A stretch of DNA of 64,000 nt, from assembly GCA_964648665.1 (NCBI GenBank), contig CAZYOA010000008.1, forward strand, positions 550 to 64,549. The letters run 5' to 3'. The stretch is from an uncultured Planctomycetales bacterium (GTDB taxonomy: Bacteria > Omnitrophota > Gorgyraeia > Zapsychrales > Aceulaceae). Shown here in pieces: positions 55,277 to 63,889 of this stretch. The translations under genes and the position numbers were made by a program. The notes under the pieces are model-generated. The model searched no databases, was not told where the DNA came from, and was given only the letters and a program-made list of their open reading frames with translations. Each line of letters opens with the position of its first letter. Positions within the stretch are counted from its first letter, which is position 1.

Positions 55277-56782
55277 TTACAATTCTGCCCAAAAATCAAT
55301 ATTAATCATTATTCCAGAACCTCCACCAATCATTCCCGGAGGAAGATTTGTAGTTAACTCTGGCGTTTGATAAATTGAAGGGACATTGGTTCCCATATCA
55401 AAATAATTAGAAACAATGCTGCCAATAACATCCGTTTGTTTTGTAATTGTTATTGTGTCTTCAGCGAAAAATGCACCCATCGCTGCTGTTTGAGATTCAT
55501 AAAACCCAATGGTATTTGGAGTCATGATACCAAAAGAATTCGATGGAAAAGAATTGTTACCCGACGTAACAAGGTTTATGTTTACTTCCGTATCACCCTC
55601 AACAAGGACCGTTCCTGATCCACTATATGTTATTGTGGTATCTCCACCTTTTTTATTAAAATTTAAATCATTATTTCCTTCAATATAGATTTTCCCTGTA
55701 ATCGACAAATTCCCATTACCATCCATACTGATACTATTTGTACCATCCGAATAATTAAACGAACTGTTCGGCTTGATATCGTTAAGTTCAGTCGTTAAAG
55801 GAAGTGCTTCGGACTTAAACTTTGCCTGTATCGTCATGCTTGGATCATTGGGGTCAGGATCAGACAGGCTCGGAAACGTAATAGAGTCTCCTAAATCATA
55901 CGCATGTATTGTTTCATTATCCGAAAAAACATTACTAGCTCCTTTATTCCCTCCCCATCCATCTGTTACATAAACTCCATCAACCGTCTCCTTAACCGAA
56001 TTACCAGCCACATCAGGATTACCAATACCCGCACTTCCGCTTAACGCAACAACACCGTTTTTAACCCTCAGCTCGGAATTAAGAGTCGAGACTGTTTCTC
56101 CATTAAAAATAGTTGTCGGGAGAGGCGCGATCTTTGCCTGCAAAGCTGCGTCAAGACTCGTGTAATTATTTCGAACAAATTCTGCTGTTCCTCCTAGATT
56201 AACAGCTAAATCTGTTGGACCAAGACCGTCTCCCAAAATAATAACAGACCCTGCAATATTAACATTCCCATTAATCATCGCACCTGATTGTCCTGCCCCA
56301 GCAAAAATAACATTGTCCCAAGGAGATGAGCTTGTCGCCGAAACATACGCCAAAATAGTTGCCGTTGCATCCTGAATCGTACTTGTCGAAAGAATCTGAA
56401 TTTGATCAGAAGCACTTCGATTTTTTAGTTTAACTGAGTATTGCCCCCCATTTAAAGAAGTGTTTGTGTAGGGAACGTGATAATAAGTGGTCGTATCTGG
56501 ACCGATGCTAAAAGATCCAATATTTCCATCATTCCAGCTTCCTGTCGCAGCATAATCTAATCTTAAATCAGATATAGCACGCTGCAATCCAGACTCAGCA
56601 ATATAAAGAGCCACGGTCTCAAGCCTCTGCCTTTCTGAAATTCGCGCTTCGCTCGTTGCAGACAACATAAAAGCAGCACTCAACCCAATCAGAACAACCG
56701 TAACAAGATAAGAAATTAACAACAAGCTTCCGCGCCTATTGTTTAATTTTCCCAATATATTATTCACTTGTTTAGCGCTCAT
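55277..56782 (-). CDS. PilX-N-like large pseudopilin / pilus-tip-associated protein
   Basis: N-terminal RRGSLLLISYLVTVVLIGLSAAFMLSATSEARISERQRLETVALYIAESGL resembles the PilX_N domain. The rest is Gly/Asn/Thr-rich, beta-rich. 1-nt spacing from the upstream pseudopilin gene. Confidence 0.5.
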   Translation of the reverse strand: MSAKQVNNILGKLNNRRGSLLLISYLVTVVLIGLSAAFMLSATSEARISERQRLETVALYIAESGLQRAISDLRLDYAATGSWNDGNIGSFSIGPDTTTYYHVPYTNTSLNGGQYSVKLKNRSASDQIQILSTSTIQDATATILAYVSATSSSPWDNVIFAGAGQSGAMINGNVNIAGSVIILGDGLGPTDLAVNLGGTAEFVRNNYTSLDAALQAKIAPLPTTIFNGETVSTLNSELRVKNGVVALSGSAGIGNPDVAGNSVKETVDGVYVTDGWGGNKGASNVFSDNETIHAYDLGDSITFPSLSDPDPNDPSMTIQAKFKSEALPLTTELNDIKPNSSFNYSDGTNSISMDGNGNLSITGKIYIEGNNDLNFNKKGGDTTITYSGSGTVLVEGDTEVNINLVTSGNNSFPSNSFGIMTPNTIGFYESQTAAMGAFFAEDTITITKQTDVIGSIVSNYFDMGTNVPSIYQTPELTTNLPPGMIGGGSGIMINIDFWAEL

Positions 56783-56783
56783 A

Positions 56784-57338
56784 TCAATTCCTCATTTGTA
56801 ATTCAAAGTTTAGCCGATACGGCTCGAAATCGTCTCTTTGCGTTGTATTTTCACCAATAAGTTCAACTTCCACAATATCCGGAGTTGCTAATTGTCGTCT
56901 AAATTGCACAGATTGAATATTATGCGCCACAATATCTGTTGTTGGGCCGTACGAATTAATCTGATGGAGCTCTGTTAAGTTGGCTCCTCCTAAAATATAC
57001 TGAATCATATTCGATTGCCAAACAATAGTCCCCTGCAGTGAAAGTCCAGCGACTCTCCGGAGTCTAATCGATGGATACCAGACACCGTTAGCAGGCACAT
57101 CGTTAATCGCAATCGATGCGGTCTCAAACAATTCTTTTTTCATTTGTTCCATAGCTTTGCGCAGCTCTCTCTGGAGACCAATTTGAGCCTGATTAATGCT
57201 CCAACTACTTTGAGCCGCTTGCAAAGAGATATATAATGCACCTGTTATCAGAGAAAAAATTAATACCGTAACCATTGCTTCAACTAAGGTAGCAGCTCTT
57301 CGTGTATTTATTTTTTTATTAACTCTTTTTCTTTTCAT
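56784..57338 (-). CDS. Prepilin-type N-terminal domain protein (PilW/GspJ-like minor pseudopilin)
   Basis: MKRKRVNKKINTRRA-ATLVEAMVTVLIFSLITGAL: basic leader, hydrophobic helix with Glu at +5. Confidence 0.6.
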   Translation of the reverse strand: MKRKRVNKKINTRRAATLVEAMVTVLIFSLITGALYISLQAAQSSWSINQAQIGLQRELRKAMEQMKKELFETASIAINDVPANGVWYPSIRLRRVAGLSLQGTIVWQSNMIQYILGGANLTELHQINSYGPTTDIVAHNIQSVQFRRQLATPDIVEVELIGENTTQRDDFEPYRLNFELQMRN

Positions 57339-57346
57339 TTCTTTCT

Positions 57347-57916
57347 CTATTTCCTTGCATTCAGCATAACCAGATTTACAATTGAATCAATTTCACCACT
57401 TAAATCTAAATCCTCACCAATGTCCAAAATTCCATTCAGATTAATGTCTTCTCCAATAATGCGATCATGCTTATCTTCCCAACAAACAACAATTCTTATC
57501 TCCAGCAAATCTGGATCAGTTGAATCAATATAAATAGTTCCAATACCGTTTGGTGAATTTAATAAAAACGTATCACCCAGAGTTCCTCCAGAAACATAAT
57601 CTGTTAAAATAAGATCATAATCATGGCTGCGTATCTCTTCCATTTTTGATTGTGCAGCAGCAACAGCTGTTGTTTTGTTGCCAGCAAGACTTGCCGTGGC
57701 AGATGTATACACAAATAAATTAAGCATACCAACGATGACAACCGTAAGAATGCCAACAACAACAAGCACTTCAACTAATGTAAATGCATTTAATCTTCTT
57801 TTAGGGGAAAAATAAGAATCTAAAAGTCTCTTTGAGGAAAAGGACTTTTCATTGCGAAAGATATTACAACCGGCTATTTTCTTAAACCATTTAGGAGCTT
57901 CTACCTTACAACACAT
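57347..57916 (-). CDS. Prepilin-type N-terminal domain protein (PilV/GspI-like minor pseudopilin) with long leader and C-terminal Ca-binding-like loops
   Basis: ...KRRLNA-FTLVEVLVVVGILTVVIVG with Glu+5. The ATG at 57916 has a strong GGGAGGTGG RBS, giving a 44-aa leader. C-terminal DINLNGILD and DLDLSGEID loops. Confidence 0.6.
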   Translation of the reverse strand: MCCKVEAPKWFKKIAGCNIFRNEKSFSSKRLLDSYFSPKRRLNAFTLVEVLVVVGILTVVIVGMLNLFVYTSATASLAGNKTTAVAAAQSKMEEIRSHDYDLILTDYVSGGTLGDTFLLNSPNGIGTIYIDSTDPDLLEIRIVVCWEDKHDRIIGEDINLNGILDIGEDLDLSGEIDSIVNLVMLNARK

Positions 57917-58007
57917 AGCCTACCACCTCCCTCTACTATAAGTATAAAATATTTTTACCCGATATTCCGATATATCTTTTATTGACTATATTAAGGATTT
58001 AATCATT

Positions 58008-58721
58008 TTAATCAATCAACTTACCATTTTCATCAAAATATTTAGCAGCAACCATGCGTCCATTTCGATCATACGACTTAGCATAGCCCCCTTTACCCTG
58101 ACTCGTTAAGCTCCATTCATACATTAAGCTTCCATCACGAAAATAAACCTTACCAACACCTATTTCTGTGTTTTTACTGTCCGGAATCCACAAAGCATCT
58201 TCAAAATCCTCTTGCTTGCTTACAATGCCATCAGAAAAATATTCTTTATTCTTAATTAGTGCACCTAAAAAATATTCTGATTCCCGCCTCATCTGTCCAT
58301 CTAAATAATATTCTCGATAACTTTGATCAAGTTTATTGTCACGATAATATTCCTTACCATGCGTATTTTTTGTTTTATTGATAAATTCAACAGGCCCGTT
58401 AGGAATATCTTGCGTGCAATCATAAATCTTACGATCTACGCTTTTACATTGAGAAAAAGCTTCTCCATCCTCAAGAAACACAACATCATAATATGTGCGA
58501 TTTGGATTCAAGCGCAAAGTTTTCGTAATTTCTCCAAATACTTTTCTTTTTGGTTTTTTAGTAACAGTGACCTTATTTTCTGGCTGTCTCTGTTCGACAA
58601 GCTCGGGGCCTAAATCCGCTTTGGATAAAAGCAAACTATTAATAATCCCAAACGCAAAAACGAAAGCGACGATTAAAGCTAAAATAACGACAATATCTTT
58701 TTTCTGTTTTAAAAAATTCAT
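58008..58721 (-). CDS. Membrane-anchored MORN-variant repeat protein (YwqK-like)
   Basis: N-terminal TM (IVVILALIVAFVFAFGII). Repeats of the G-x-x-Y-Y-x-x-G type (GKEYYRDNKL, REYYLDGQM, KEYFSDGIV, KVYFRDGSL, KSYDRNGRM, AKYFDENGKL). Confidence 0.55.
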   Translation of the reverse strand: MNFLKQKKDIVVILALIVAFVFAFGIINSLLLSKADLGPELVEQRQPENKVTVTKKPKRKVFGEITKTLRLNPNRTYYDVVFLEDGEAFSQCKSVDRKIYDCTQDIPNGPVEFINKTKNTHGKEYYRDNKLDQSYREYYLDGQMRRESEYFLGALIKNKEYFSDGIVSKQEDFEDALWIPDSKNTEIGVGKVYFRDGSLMYEWSLTSQGKGGYAKSYDRNGRMVAAKYFDENGKLID

Positions 58722-58799
58722 TATGTATCCATGTAAAATATTTATTTTATTCTATCACTTCTAAATACAAATATCTATCTGATATAAAGTTATTTTTTA

Positions 58800-58838
58800 C
58801 ATAAAAAGGGGGAGAATTTTCTTAAAAATTCCCCCCCC
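58800..58838 (-). terminator. Rho-independent terminator after the FKBP gene
   Basis: Minus strand GGGGGGGAATTTTT-AAG-AAAATTCTCCCCC followed by TTTTTAT. Confidence 0.55.
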
Positions 58839-58860
58839 TACATTACCATCTCTAAAACTT

Positions 58861-59358
58861 TTACTGAATATCAACAACTTTAACATCAAAGACAAGATCT
58901 TTACCTGCCAAAGGATGATTAAAGTTAAAAACGATTGTTTCTTCTTTAATCTCAGAAACAACCGCTGGAACTGGCTTTCCTTCTTTGGTTTGCAAAGGAA
59001 TCATCATGCCAGGCTTTAACTCAACATCTGGTGGCAAAATTGTTTTTGGAACTTCTTGAAAAAGCTCTGGATTCATTTCTCCATAAGCATCTTTAGCAGA
59101 AACACTAATTTTCTTTTGATCACCTTCTTTAAGTCCAATCATTTGACTTTCAAGTCCAGGGATGATATTGCCCTCACCTTGCACATACTTCAAAGGCTCT
59201 TTTCCTTCTGACGTATCAACCGTTTGTCCATCAACAGTCAATGTGTAATCAAATTTTACTGTTTCTCCCTTTTCAATCATTTTTGTTCTCCCTTCTACAG
59301 TTGTACTATGAGCCATCAACATTATCGATAACGACACCAAGATTGTTAAATATCTCAT
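58861..59358 (-). CDS. Secreted FKBP-type peptidyl-prolyl cis-trans isomerase (SlyD-like with IF insert)
   Basis: Signal peptide MRYLTILVSLSIMLMAHS. VKFDYTLTVDGQTVDTS..., IPGLESQMIGLKEGD, FNFNHPLAGKDLVFDVKVVDI. ATG at 59358 preceded by AAAGGAG (the track start is TTG). Confidence 0.85.
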   Translation of the reverse strand: MRYLTILVSLSIMLMAHSTTVEGRTKMIEKGETVKFDYTLTVDGQTVDTSEGKEPLKYVQGEGNIIPGLESQMIGLKEGDQKKISVSAKDAYGEMNPELFQEVPKTILPPDVELKPGMMIPLQTKEGKPVPAVVSEIKEETIVFNFNHPLAGKDLVFDVKVVDIQ

Positions 59359-59454
59359 TTTTTCTCCTTTCAATAACCTACGATGCTACTTTAAGACTTT
59401 TTGTCTCTCAGTTAAGCATTTTTCTTTAAAACGCATTAAAAAATTTATTATCTA

Positions 59455-59495
59455 CAAAATAAAAAACCGCAAGATGAGAAAATTCTCACCTTACG
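59455..59495 (-). terminator. Rho-independent terminator after the acyltransferase gene
   Basis: Minus strand CGTAAGGTGAGA-ATTT-TCTCATCTTGCG (12-bp stem with two G-U pairs) followed by GTTTTTTATTTT. Confidence 0.5.
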
Positions 59496-59603
59496 ATAAA
59501 AAATATCTATTTCTTACAATGTACCGAAAGAACTTCAGGCATTATGATCAAATACAAAAGAATCGTCAATATGTTTTTAAATTTATCTAAAACCAGAAAC
59601 GCC

Positions 59604-60527
59604 TTAAGAAAAAAAAGAAGCCCATCTCTTGTTAAGCCATCCTCCCCATTGCAAGGGATATTTCTTAACAAAAGATTCTATCGATTGGCTTAAACTTGAG
59701 ATATTCTTAAACGTATTTTCTTCAGAAGAAAGTTTGTTTTCTATTTCTATTTCTTTCTCAATAAAAATATCAAATTTACCCTGATCATCCCTTGCAATAA
59801 ACATAGGCACGAGACTCGACCCTATTCGCTCATTAAATAAAACAGGACCGACCGAGCGAGCTACTTTACAATTTAAAAAATCAACTTCAACGCCAGAATC
59901 TTCAGGAGCAACTTCATCAAGCAAAATAAAAAGAAGTTCGTTCCTTCGCAAACATGCCAATGTTTTCTTAATAAAATTCTTTTGAGGACTAGTTGGGATC
60001 ATCTGAATGCTCCATCGAGCAGAAAACTTAAGCATAAAATTACTAAATTCTTGATCCCTCATAGAACGAATGACAACATTAACCTTATATCCTTTTTTCA
60101 CAAGCCCCAAAAGCATCAAAGGAAAATTTCCAAAATGAGCTGTCACGCCAACGACACCACATCCTTTTTTCAAAGATTCCTTTAAATTTTCCTCCCCATG
60201 AAACGTTAAAGCATTTAAAAATTCTTCCGATCTACTAGCATAATAAAGCATGTCCACCATAGATTGACCGAGATTATCAAAACACGCTCGTATCATCACC
60301 TCATACTGCTCAGGTGTTTTTGATTCTCCGTACACAGCACTAAAATTCTTCTTACAAATCTTTTTTAATGTCTCAAGCCAAGGATAGGCTATCCAAAATA
60401 AAATACGTATGATCGGATCAACGCATCCGCGCGGCAAAACCGTAAACGCATATAAAAAAAACTTAAGACTCGCATTTGAAAATTGTCTTAAAAGTTCCCG
60501 TATTTTTTTTGACCAAAATTTCTTCAT
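59604..60527 (-). CDS. Lysophospholipid/lipid A biosynthesis acyltransferase family protein (LpxL/HtrB-like)
   Basis: 307 aa, N-terminal membrane segment, GVVGVTAHFGNFPLM (HxGNxE/P-type catalytic His region), LLDEV... block. Confidence 0.65.
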   Translation of the reverse strand: MKKFWSKKIRELLRQFSNASLKFFLYAFTVLPRGCVDPIIRILFWIAYPWLETLKKICKKNFSAVYGESKTPEQYEVMIRACFDNLGQSMVDMLYYASRSEEFLNALTFHGEENLKESLKKGCGVVGVTAHFGNFPLMLLGLVKKGYKVNVVIRSMRDQEFSNFMLKFSARWSIQMIPTSPQKNFIKKTLACLRRNELLFILLDEVAPEDSGVEVDFLNCKVARSVGPVLFNERIGSSLVPMFIARDDQGKFDIFIEKEIEIENKLSSEENTFKNISSLSQSIESFVKKYPLQWGGWLNKRWASFFS

Positions 60528-60557
60528 ATTTTAGATATTTTAAATTTTTAGTTTTAA

Positions 60558-61016
60558 TCAGAGGAATTTATTCTTTATTGAAGATCTTGTAAAATAGAAA
60601 ATAAAAAGCGCCCAAAAGACAAGTTCAAAAACATAAAGAGTGACTAACACATCCTTAGCAAATACAGAAAAATCAATCTCAATACCACGATATACGCGCT
60701 GATATTGTTCTGTTAAATAATTTGTATATTTAAAAAAATACTCTGGATAATGTTTAAAATAAATCGTCACAATAGAAAAGCCTGCAAGCCAGAGACCTAA
60801 CTTTCTAAAAATTTCCTTTTTAAATAAGATGCCCGTAGCAACAGCTATGCCGAAAAGGCGAATGCCCCAAGAAAAATAATATCTCACAATCTCAAACCAT
60901 TCAGGCGAAGGACTCATAAAATTATACCCATACCAATATCCAGCTGTTAAATATTGATAAATACCAAGGGCTGAACCAATAAAAATTAAAATTGAGAAAA
61001 CAATTAATGAAGGCAT
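60558..61016 (-). CDS. Hypothetical integral membrane protein (4 TM)
   Basis: 152 aa with four hydrophobic segments, ATG start. No recognisable motif. Confidence 0.4.
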   Translation of the reverse strand: MPSLIVFSILIFIGSALGIYQYLTAGYWYGYNFMSPSPEWFEIVRYYFSWGIRLFGIAVATGILFKKEIFRKLGLWLAGFSIVTIYFKHYPEYFFKYTNYLTEQYQRVYRGIEIDFSVFAKDVLVTLYVFELVFWALFIFYFTRSSIKNKFL

Positions 61017-61042
61017 AAAGCAATCCTATTCATAAAATAATT

Positions 61043-61579
61043 TTAAGAACAAACATCAACCGTTGCTATCGGAGTTAGAGTACACTTGTCAAGACCCTCT
61101 TCACCAACCTTCCATCTTAAAATCCAATTCGGTTTACATCCCACTTCTGTTGTCGGATCATTGTAATCACTCCAAGCATCACAACGATAAGCAAAGCAAT
61201 AACGTCCTACTCCCGGATTATATCGACATCGATATTTTATTTGTTCAGCAAGATCAATCGGTCTAAAACTTAAATAACTATCAAAATCTAATGGATAATC
61301 CCTTCCTCCCAAATTAGTTTCAAGATCTTGCGTTGACCCAACAATAGAATCTGAATTCCAGCTAGGTTTACGCGTGAACGCTCCAATATCAGGTGGATAA
61401 TAATAACCATGATTTGTAAGATATTCAGCCTGTGCAGCGTTGATTTCTCCTAGCTGATAAACAGCGCAATCATAGAGATCGTTTTCGTTTGGCGCAGTGT
61501 CTGCAAAAAGTTTTTGAGAAATAAGAATACTAAGGATACCAACTAAAATAACAAGTAAAAAAAACTTTTGAAATTTCAT
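61043..61579 (-). CDS. Hypothetical secreted Cys-rich protein
   Basis: Signal peptide MKFQKFFLLVILVGILSILISQKLFA-DT. 8 Cys in the mature part (YRCRYNPGVGRYCFAYRCDAW...). No family recognised. Confidence 0.4.
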   Translation of the reverse strand: MKFQKFFLLVILVGILSILISQKLFADTAPNENDLYDCAVYQLGEINAAQAEYLTNHGYYYPPDIGAFTRKPSWNSDSIVGSTQDLETNLGGRDYPLDFDSYLSFRPIDLAEQIKYRCRYNPGVGRYCFAYRCDAWSDYNDPTTEVGCKPNWILRWKVGEEGLDKCTLTPIATVDVCS

Positions 61580-61768
61580 ATTTTTGCTCCTAAGAAATAA
61601 ATTCTTTATAATTTTGTCTCTTTAATTATAACGTTTTTAAAACAAAACACCAGAAAAACGCATTGAAATATCAAATTGCAAAAAAAATGCCTTTTCTATT
61701 GTTTCCACTCTCTTTTAACTATAAAATAAGTATATAAATTATTTATTAAGATTCTTTAAGGAGAAACT

Positions 61769-62926
61769 ATGAAAAAACTTTTATTCTGTTCATGCTTTAT
61801 TTTATCGTTTTGTCTTATCGCAAGCGGCCTCGCTTTTGCAAGCACTCCATCACAAAGAGATGCTTTGATTGCTCAGCAACTTAATTGCACCGAGAGCAAA
61901 ATGCAAGGCTCTGTCGGCTGGTCTGACGTTTGTTACAAAGACTTTGGCGCGTCACACGATTTTAGCGATTCAGGCCTTATGCTTGTTTCTGCTTCAAGCG
62001 GTGTTGATGCTGAAGCACGCATCAGAGAACTTGAATACACCTATGCCAATTCCGATCAATCCGGTGAGATTGAAACTCCTGGAATTGATTCTGATCCTTT
62101 CTTCAATAAAGAAAAAGAAATTAAAGAAGATAAAGAAACAAGTTTTCTTGATCACGAGAATCCTTTAACAAAAGTTGAAATGGGAACATCCATTTCTCAT
62201 GTTCGATATCTTGAACGTGATTTAATGAAAACCCAAGGAAACATGTACGGTGTTTTTATTAATTATTCGAACAGAAACTCCGAACCTAAACCCATTAAAA
62301 CATTAAAAGATTTTATTGAAAATGACGTATTAAAATTCGATGCAAAATACAGTCGTGGCAACGTTGATTATGACAGCAATGGAACAGGTAGCAAAGAAGG
62401 CGACAAAGATTACATGTTTGAAATGCGAGCTGTCATAGGGTTCGATGTTCCAACCACAGAATTTCTTTTTACTCCATATGTGGGACTTGGGCATCGCTAT
62501 CTCTATAATGACGGACGAGGAACAACAAGCACAGGCCACGGAGGATATCGTCGTGAATCACGATATTATTACGCACCAATTGGAATTGATGTTAAAAGAG
62601 AGCTTTCTAAAACATGGGATCTGACACTCAACCTAGAATATGATTACTTTTTATTTGGTAGACAAAAAAGCTATCTTAGCGATGTTGTTGGTGGAGGTTA
62701 TCCAGATATTAAAAATAAGCAAAATGATGGCTATGGCGCTCGAGGTTCGGTTAAACTCTTAAAAAAAGACAAAGAAATTGATTTCTTTATTGAGCCTTTT
62801 TTCCGTTACTGGAACATGGAAGACTCAGAAACAACAAGTTATGTTCGTGGTGCCTATATTCATACTGGAATCGAACCAACAAACACTTCAGTAGAAATGG
62901 GATGTAAAACAGGTATCCGTTTCTAA
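61769..62926 (+). CDS. Putative outer-membrane beta-barrel protein
   Basis: Signal peptide ending LAFA-ST, AAGGAGAA RBS, Tyr/Gly-rich amphipathic strands in the C-terminal 200 aa, terminal GIRF. Confidence 0.5.
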   Translation: MKKLLFCSCFILSFCLIASGLAFASTPSQRDALIAQQLNCTESKMQGSVGWSDVCYKDFGASHDFSDSGLMLVSASSGVDAEARIRELEYTYANSDQSGEIETPGIDSDPFFNKEKEIKEDKETSFLDHENPLTKVEMGTSISHVRYLERDLMKTQGNMYGVFINYSNRNSEPKPIKTLKDFIENDVLKFDAKYSRGNVDYDSNGTGSKEGDKDYMFEMRAVIGFDVPTTEFLFTPYVGLGHRYLYNDGRGTTSTGHGGYRRESRYYYAPIGIDVKRELSKTWDLTLNLEYDYFLFGRQKSYLSDVVGGGYPDIKNKQNDGYGARGSVKLLKKDKEIDFFIEPFFRYWNMEDSETTSYVRGAYIHTGIEPTNTSVEMGCKTGIRF

Positions 62927-62955
62927 AGCACACTTCTTAAGAAATATCTTAAACC

Positions 62956-62989
62956 AAAACTAAAGCCGGCTTTCGCCGGCTTTAGTTTT
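62956..62989. terminator. Bidirectional rho-independent terminator between convergent genes
   Basis: Perfect hairpin AAAACTAAAGCCGGC-TTTC-GCCGGCTTTAGTTTT. Confidence 0.7.
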
Positions 62990-63013
62990 ATAGAATCTTT
63001 TTTAAATATTAAT

Positions 63014-63889
63014 TTAATACATCGGTTGATATCGCGACTTACCAAACGCTAAAACTGGGAAGAATATAAACGGAAGAAACATCAGCCCTAAGCCAAAACC
63101 AGCACCCTTGCCAAAATTTCTTGCAACGCCGATATGCATAGCAATCGTAACAAAAAAGTTTACTATGGGAACTAACAACAATAACAAAAGCCATCCAGAT
63201 CTCCCGCCTATCTTTAAAAGCACATAAAGATTATAAATCGGAATGATACATGTCCAGCCTGAATATCCAGCTTTATTAAAAACAATCCACGTTGACCAAA
63301 GAATTAAGACACCAAACATTAAACCAATAATACCAAAATACGCAGGAGTTTCTTTTCTAAGAATTTCTTCACGCTTTTCTTTGATGTCAGACATAAAATT
63401 AGATAACAAGATATCTTTTATTTTAAGATTTTTATTATACTTATCAACAATTTCATTTTTCTTCCTTGAAAAACTTCCAAAAGGTTTTACTGAATTCTTT
63501 AGTTGAGCTTCAGGAAGAGATTTTTTAATTAAATTAGAATCTTCAAAGCTTTTTAACTTAAGAATACTAATATTTTCTTTTTGAATTTTATCAGCAGAAC
63601 TCTTTTCTTGAGAAAATTCGTCCATAACAAGAACGGGGATTTTACTTGCATAAGAAGTCTCTGCTTGAGTTCTCAACTCCAAAAGTTGTTCTACCTTAAC
63701 TCCATCAATGCTTTTGATTTCATCCATGTAATATGTAATCTTTAAGCCATCTAAACCAATCTTGATATACTTATCTGTTTTCTGAACAACGTCTCCTTCG
63801 ACAATTCGTCCAGATTTCAAAACTATAGTTTCAGCAAAAGCTATGCAAGGAATAAATGCGATAAGAAAGAAAAGAATAAGCTTTTTCAT
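63014..63889 (-). CDS. Secreted/membrane protein with C-terminal DUF5684-like membrane domain
   Basis: Signal peptide. C-terminal FNKAGYSGWTCIIPIYNLYVLLKIGGRSGWLLLLLLVPIVNFF...FGKGAGFGLGLMFLPFIFFPVLAFGKSRYQ matches my recollection of the DUF5684 pattern. Confidence 0.55.
   Translation of the reverse strand: MKKLILFFLIAFIPCIAFAETIVLKSGRIVEGDVVQKTDKYIKIGLDGLKITYYMDEIKSIDGVKVEQLLELRTQAETSYASKIPVLVMDEFSQEKSSADKIQKENISILKLKSFEDSNLIKKSLPEAQLKNSVKPFGSFSRKKNEIVDKYNKNLKIKDILLSNFMSDIKEKREEILRKETPAYFGIIGLMFGVLILWSTWIVFNKAGYSGWTCIIPIYNLYVLLKIGGRSGWLLLLLLVPIVNFFVTIAMHIGVARNFGKGAGFGLGLMFLPFIFFPVLAFGKSRYQPMY

Noticed and set aside
9938-59373. N-terminal extensions in the track for several genes (starts at 9970, 11040, 13989, 21175, 21806, 24863, 27152, 27615, 29073, 32205, 51693, 59373)
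   Set aside because: Checking the DNA shows these first codons are TTG or GTG, not ATG. In each case an internal ATG (or GTG for hoxH) with a better-placed Shine-Dalgarno and a family-typical N-terminus exists, and several extensions would overlap the upstream gene. I used the shorter models.
2551-63506. Many 60-115 aa track ORFs nested inside or antisense to the long minus-strand genes (for example 2551..2784, 2825..3013, 6400..6606, 7520..7756, 9205..9450, 11061..11563, 14322..14718, 14882..15182, 17130..17360, 18098..18392, 20676..20861, 21411..21683, 22727..22984, 24232..24522, 32780..33049, 35149..35696, 37238..37999, 40854..41973, 45889..46179, 46742..47086, 53920..54192, 58323..58764, 61869..62168, 63243..63506)
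   Set aside because: All lie within genes that have strong family signatures in another frame or strand. Their translations are low-complexity (Ile/Leu/Phe/Asn/Lys/Ser-rich), as expected for AT-rich antisense frames, and they lack RBS or recognisable motifs.
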